From the NCBI GenBank assembly GCA_900546385.1, contig URCT01000001.1, positions 27,597-91,596 on the forward strand: a DNA stretch of 64,000 nt, written 5' to 3'. The notes below the pieces were generated by a model, which had not been told where the DNA came from, did no database searches, and saw nothing but the letters and a program-made list of their open reading frames with translations. Position 1 is the first letter of the stretch. The number at the start of each line of letters is the position of its first letter. The stretch is from an uncultured Eubacteriales bacterium (lineage in GTDB: Bacteria; Bacillota; Clostridia; Oscillospirales; CAG-382). Positions 61,701 through 64,000 of the stretch are shown one piece after another. Position numbers and translations under genes: made by a program.

Positions 61701-64000
61701 TGCAGAAGGTTCCGTTGTCAATCTGTATTGTCGGCTTATCTGCGTTAAAGTAACGGTTTGCGTTGATTCCGCCGAGCGTTCCGCTCCAACCGTCCATAAC
61801 GAGCGTGTTGTTGTTGTATACATTGATAAGTCCGCGTTCGGTTACATTGCTTGAATTGTAATCCTCTTTTGCGCTGTGTCCGGTAAGGATGAGCTTTGCG
61901 CCTGCGGTCACATCTGTTACATTATAATTTGAATCCCAGGTCAATTTGCCGATCTCAAACCAACCGCCGGTAACGCTTTTGTTGTTGAAATCAAGCGTCA
62001 GCGTCTTTTGGTCGAGAACGGCGTTAAAGTCTACATCGGCAAGCAGCGTCAGCTTCGAATCGTTTTCCGCCGTGTTTACGGCTTCCGCCAGAGAATTTCC
62101 ACCAAACGGAATGTAGGTGATCTTTGCGTCAGGGCTCTCAATCATAACGCCCATCTGCTGTTTGCAGTCGCGGCAATAGTAGTTTTCGTCGAGATTCTTG
62201 TGTTCGCAGGCTTTGCCGCAATCGGGGCACTTTCCGTTATCCGTAAAGCCGTTTGAATGGTCGCAGGGATAGCCGCAAACGCATTTGTTGCCGGTTGTTA
62301 TTTCGTGCGTATGACTGACGACCTTAACGTTATCAAGCCTGTAAACATACCCGTCAACTACGTTTCCGCTGCCGTTTGACGCAAAGGCATACCCTTTTGC
62401 CAAAAGCTCATTTGCCTTCATTTGGTCTTTAAGGTTGTCGGACAATTCAATTTTCCAAAATGTCCCTTTACTCAAATTCATTTCCGGTGTGGGTTTTTGT
62501 TGAACCGACAAAAGATTTACTGTCACTTTGTCGCTTGCTACGTTCAGCGCACCGCCGACAACTCCGTCACCGCTTGTTCCGCTTTGGACAACACTTACGA
62601 TTCCTTCTCCCGCAAGCGTCAGTGTGCTGCCGGATTTAATGGTGATATTATTATCAATATTATTGCCACCCAGGTCAAGCGTCATGTTTTTTTCGATGGT
62701 GCATGACTCAGCAACGCTTTTTAACAGCGTAACAGTATCGTTTGCATTTGCGGCAGCAATCGCGTCTTTAACGGATGTGTAGTATGTACCGGCACACTTT
62801 GCCGTCATTGCTTTTCCGCAGTACAGGCAATTGTTGTCTGCGTCAATGCCGGTGTGCTCACATTTCATCACTGCAAGCCCAAACGTTGTGGCTACCGTGT
62901 CGTTTTGTGCATCTGCAAGCGGAACCCAGTCTCCGAAATAATTGACGCCGCGGTAAAAACGGTAAGCATACCCTTCGTCGCTCGGAATCAAATCGGCAAG
63001 GGTAACAACATTCTTTTTAAGCGTCCACTGCCCTGCATTAATGTGACCGCCGCGCAGTGTAACATCTCCGCCGTAAACCTGCAGCTGCAAGAGAGCCGTA
63101 TTCACATTCTCCGGTTCAAAAACAACCGTTCCGCCGCTGCGCACGACTAAGCCGACAGCACCGTTTCCGCTGTGGTCTGTAACGGTCAGCTTGCCTGTGC
63201 TCGAAGAACCGCCCACATTCAGGGAATATCCGCCAAGACTGTGACCGTTAAGATCAAGAGTAAGCCCTTTGCTTTCGGTTTTCACATAAATTCCGTCCGG
63301 CAACGACAGCTGATTGTCCTTTGCAACAACTGTAATCGTACTGCCGTCGGCGGCATGATTGATCGCGTCAGCGAGGCTTGCGTAATGTTTAAGCAGATCA
63401 TAACCCTCATTGTTCTTAGTCATGATCCTCGCAACCATTGTCTGCTTGCACACCTCGCAGCGGCTGTCGGTCGAATCCAGAACTGCATGCGGGCAGGGCA
63501 TGCCGCAGACCTCGCACTTACCGGTTGTGAAACCACCGGGGTGGTCACAGGTCTGAGAACACACCGTGCACGAATAGAGATCGCCGTTTCCTTGCTCCCA
63601 CGTATGCGTATGCTTCACGATTTTCACATTGCCCGTCCAGAACGTCATGGACGCAGATGTACACGGAAACTCGCTCTCGTTAGCCTTATTCACAAAGGCA
63701 TAGCCGTCCGCCAGCAGCGCGTTCAGATTCTTGTAGTTTTTAGACCCCTCCACCGATATGCACCGCGCGTCCACCGCTTCATCGTACTCAACCTGGAACA
63801 CACCATTGCTCAGGCCGTTTGTCAGTTTCGCGCTGTCGGTGACCGTCAGGCCGCCATTCAAATCCAAATCGCCCTGAAAGTCCAGTTCGCCGCTTGCGGC
63901 ATAGACCGCAGGCTTGCACGTCATGGCATTCCCATGTGTACCCTGCAAGCCGCCGGTGGCGGTCACTTTGTCTGCAAAGGTCACTTTGCCGCCGGTAACC
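55723..64000 (-). CDS. Giant (>2750 aa) mosaic cell-surface adhesin-like protein. The N-terminus lies beyond the right window edge.
   Basis: ORF track 55723..63984, where the listed M is an internal GTG. The frame stays open to 64000 (...VTGGKVTFADK...). N to C: beta-helix-like super-repeats punctuated by His/Cys modules. Then many Ig-like/MBG-type repeats (..YDGT.., ..VYGD.NP..). Then an SbsA-Ig-like module and a GSGGSGSGSSGGS linker. Then a Listeria-Bacteroides-type repeat (FTFAGWYADKELQTKYDF) and two Cu-amine-oxidase-N-terminal-like wall-association domains (NDRTMLPARFVAENLGADVSW, NDRTYTPIRFISEELGASVEW). Confidence 0.9.
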   Translation of the reverse strand, partial: VTGGKVTFADKVTATGGLQGTHGNAMTCKPAVYAASGELDFQGDLDLNGGLTVTDSAKLTNGLSNGVFQVEYDEAVDARCISVEGSKNYKNLNALLADGYAFVNKANESEFPCTSASMTFWTGNVKIVKHTHTWEQGNGDLYSCTVCSQTCDHPGGFTTGKCEVCGMPCPHAVLDSTDSRCEVCKQTMVARIMTKNNEGYDLLKHYASLADAINHAADGSTITVVAKDNQLSLPDGIYVKTESKGLTLDLNGHSLGGYSLNVGGSSSTGKLTVTDHSGNGAVGLVVRSGGTVVFEPENVNTALLQLQVYGGDVTLRGGHINAGQWTLKKNVVTLADLIPSDEGYAYRFYRGVNYFGDWVPLADAQNDTVATTFGLAVMKCEHTGIDADNNCLYCGKAMTAKCAGTYYTSVKDAIAAANANDTVTLLKSVAESCTIEKNMTLDLGGNNIDNNITIKSGSTLTLAGEGIVSVVQSGTSGDGVVGGALNVASDKVTVNLLSVQQKPTPEMNLSKGTFWKIELSDNLKDQMKANELLAKGYAFASNGSGNVVDGYVYRLDNVKVVSHTHEITTGNKCVCGYPCDHSNGFTDNGKCPDCGKACEHKNLDENYYCRDCKQQMGVMIESPDAKITYIPFGGNSLAEAVNTAENDSKLTLLADVDFNAVLDQKTLTLDFNNKSVTGGWFEIGKLTWDSNYNVTDVTAGAKLILTGHSAKEDYNSSNVTERGLINVYNNNTLVMDGWSGTLGGINANRYFNADKPTIQIDNGTFCSVSLQNGTGYTLGDFLKTGYAFKYTDGSGYLSYNHELVYPDFEFFNISVVKCTEHNDSDGDGMCDYCNGQIVAQVTVRNGGSRVYTDFQDAVDSMAASGVHTVTLLADAVGSYTITKGHGTTIKLNGKTVNEITVSGESNMAFNDKGTVNSVIFSGKTARFNAGNQLFTISAITVKDGATWSSILPNADAEMYGYQVYNSDQSGYKWYDAGMLEEFLGDGNTVNNVKVQPLPVTKDPILMIDGQKIATQSSISVYKPFVFSFESWVDNGWNGSGVLFIQKEGDTALTPVSAEGESDIYTCPERTFDISQSGTYTVWAEVSKQGYTRRSKTYTLNVGAFLQDATITLKQSEFTYTPLSNGDAEEFQPEIDSVKLFGHVVPADAYTINGETTGTDARTYTMTITAKEDSDYIGSVSVNWTIHPRVLTEVGVCTYIKKYDGTREITVDNIGKNDSPPHFFYDNCPAGGIVLKYNEDYKIRNLNANFSKPDAGEYADVSFTVELGNSNYTFKDNDSNDTTYTTVDTGMYIEQADLPTGYEPGEGGATVRNGAAHTYTYDVSALLKQLPTGLSYGTKSYTVTNTYIMDGGYLDEGSVSIDENGVLSIPVKKVLALADAEVARITVTVHAQNYADFTVTVMVYARNQIVPTGNPKLSDNGTITYGDKISKIQLSGKLNDDVNKTEVEGTFEWEKPNEGPSGAGDYEAAWLFTPTGDNAYLYAPVTGKATIKVNKAPLVEGVDYEVPTAVSNLVYKVTDNTPQTLHTSGRVIGTVGTMKYTTDNPESAAAVWSDTPLTSRDAGEFVVYYKVFGDENHLDSAYGTLRCRIAKYKLVYKIVCLPKVYDGTTNGDPKNIESITFLDEDSKTVKVDLAEQDYTIDSITYDSQNVGQNLGTIPVSATAVVTLRDTKAANNYELAEEGNEAYGCITPARIENVDFHGYTYKVRYIDTHAKTVTVSSFGDVDRRDYEIHSDMVSAGDSRIIRTISRDTSGITFAIADNLSADDANKTYTIKVRIYTKDHNYCTDELPFTIMIADKDRPLLSVDPIEVTYNNKAVPADSISGTATVSGHEISGSWKFKGKAPTTVAESSDYTVVFEPAYPDYYYGGEETVHVTVKPRDIGDNAIAFPSGDSFVYTGKSTIPYIYGEYKYDESKEAFELLKERDYTLTYPADTTNVGEKKITVTGLGNFGGTKELIYTITPCTLKPTIVLSETDYIYDGNEKKPTVTVTVEDKTLVEGRDFEVAYENNTYAEDGAKVTVTAKGNYGFDKQEVPFHIGKANAVIETAPGASPFIYDGSSHALVTAGSAAGGSFEYKLGDGNWTTAVPTAENAAEYTVWYRVIGDSNHNNTAESSVTVTVERRDIADAKITLGSSLTYNRKEQTQTVSSVVCGDRLNATFTVTDNRKTNAGTYTLTVAGTGNFKGTRDIDFTIAKKAVTASVTVDGTHIYNGKAIEPSVITVKDGEDVISDTEYTTAFKDNTNAGTATVLITNADGGNYIVNGTGTFEIHQAHITVRPKSISKVYGDKPVFALESDSELITEEQLADFTRSTRFTSDGTKEDADVLPGGYEITAVLTENQTKNLLLSVSGTGILTVVPKKLTVTVNDVSRVYGDPNPELSVSYDGFIEGEDETVLGGALVLAYHESINETAEVRTHYGVTTASGLTSDNYAITYVPGNVTITKILVSVRAGSARRNYLSAVFDKPLENLTAANFAVTDENGNPVAITSVAALDGNETYSLKGSFEVGKKYTVKVVLHGAAADATHQMTTDTFVITPIRTSGSGGSGSGSSGGSTVTTCTITFETNGASKLADQTVAKGSVLQEPTSPTKDGFTFAGWYADKELQTKYDFSAKVQANLTLYAAWTETKKDNTENQIILTIGEKEALVFGKIKTNDVAPKIVNDRTMLPARFVAENLGADVSWNEEQELVTIKGKNSKTNKDVTILIYIGSDIAYVDGKRFKLDSPAFVENDRTYTPIRFISEELGASVEWIEEEQKVVITK

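Noticed and set aside
1-64000. A search for mobile elements, prophage, defence islands, CRISPR, tRNA or rRNA across the window.
   Set aside because: No transposase, integrase, recombinase, phage structural, restriction-modification, cas or toxin-antitoxin-like genes were recognised. No long inverted or direct repeats flank any block. No intergenic region is long enough, or shows conserved tRNA/rRNA features.

Overview
This is a 64-kb chromosomal segment from a GC-rich, spore-forming Firmicute of the class Clostridia. sigK, ytfIJ and yaaH/sleL-like genes, SLH domains and Cu-amine-oxidase-like wall anchors fit an Oscillospiraceae/Ruminococcaceae-type organism, but that placement is inference only.

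I can support 40 protein-coding genes at high coding density. I found no rRNA, tRNA, CRISPR array, transposase, integrase or phage genes.

Gene order, left to right:
- A membrane Ser/Thr kinase, missing from the ORF track because it runs off the left edge.
- An orphan solute-binding-like lipoprotein, a PPi-type phosphofructokinase, an MreD-like membrane protein, a PrsA-like lipoprotein and mfd.
- ldhA and rpmB.
- A ytfI-ytfJ-ABC exporter unit.
- kdgK, rlmH, sigK and a yaaH-like LysM/GH18 gene.
- A block of cytoplasmic genes of unclear role: a SASA esterase, an SDR-AraC-FAD oxidoreductase operon, and an ADP-ribosylglycohydrolase fusion.
- A 1416-aa SLH/Ig-repeat S-layer candidate.
- An amino-acid ABC transporter and a DUF362 gene.
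- An operon encoding a double-ATPase activase, an HGD-D-like protein, a CDF transporter and a small Cys protein.
- A BMP-family (nucleoside-type) ABC transporter.
- pcrA, a CapD-like dehydratase and a NUDIX hydrolase.
- A TetR-ABC-methyltransferase operon.
- A surface protein of more than 2750 aa whose N-terminus lies beyond the right edge.

Intergenic regions carry many near-consensus sigma-A promoters (TTGACA-like, 17 nt, TATAAT-like) and clear hairpin terminators.

I see no recognisable defence, toxin or mobile system.

The most unusual things I can support are:
1. Recurrent His/Cys-rich modules inside the giant surface protein.
2. The non-PASTA kinase, with 60-bp tandem repeats and unrecognised extracellular repeats.
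3. The activase/HGD-D-like/CDF/small-Cys operon, whose substrate is unknown.
4. The SDR-AraC-FAD oxidoreductase operon and the ADP-ribosylglycohydrolase fusion gene.

All family calls come from motif recognition by eye. No searches were run.
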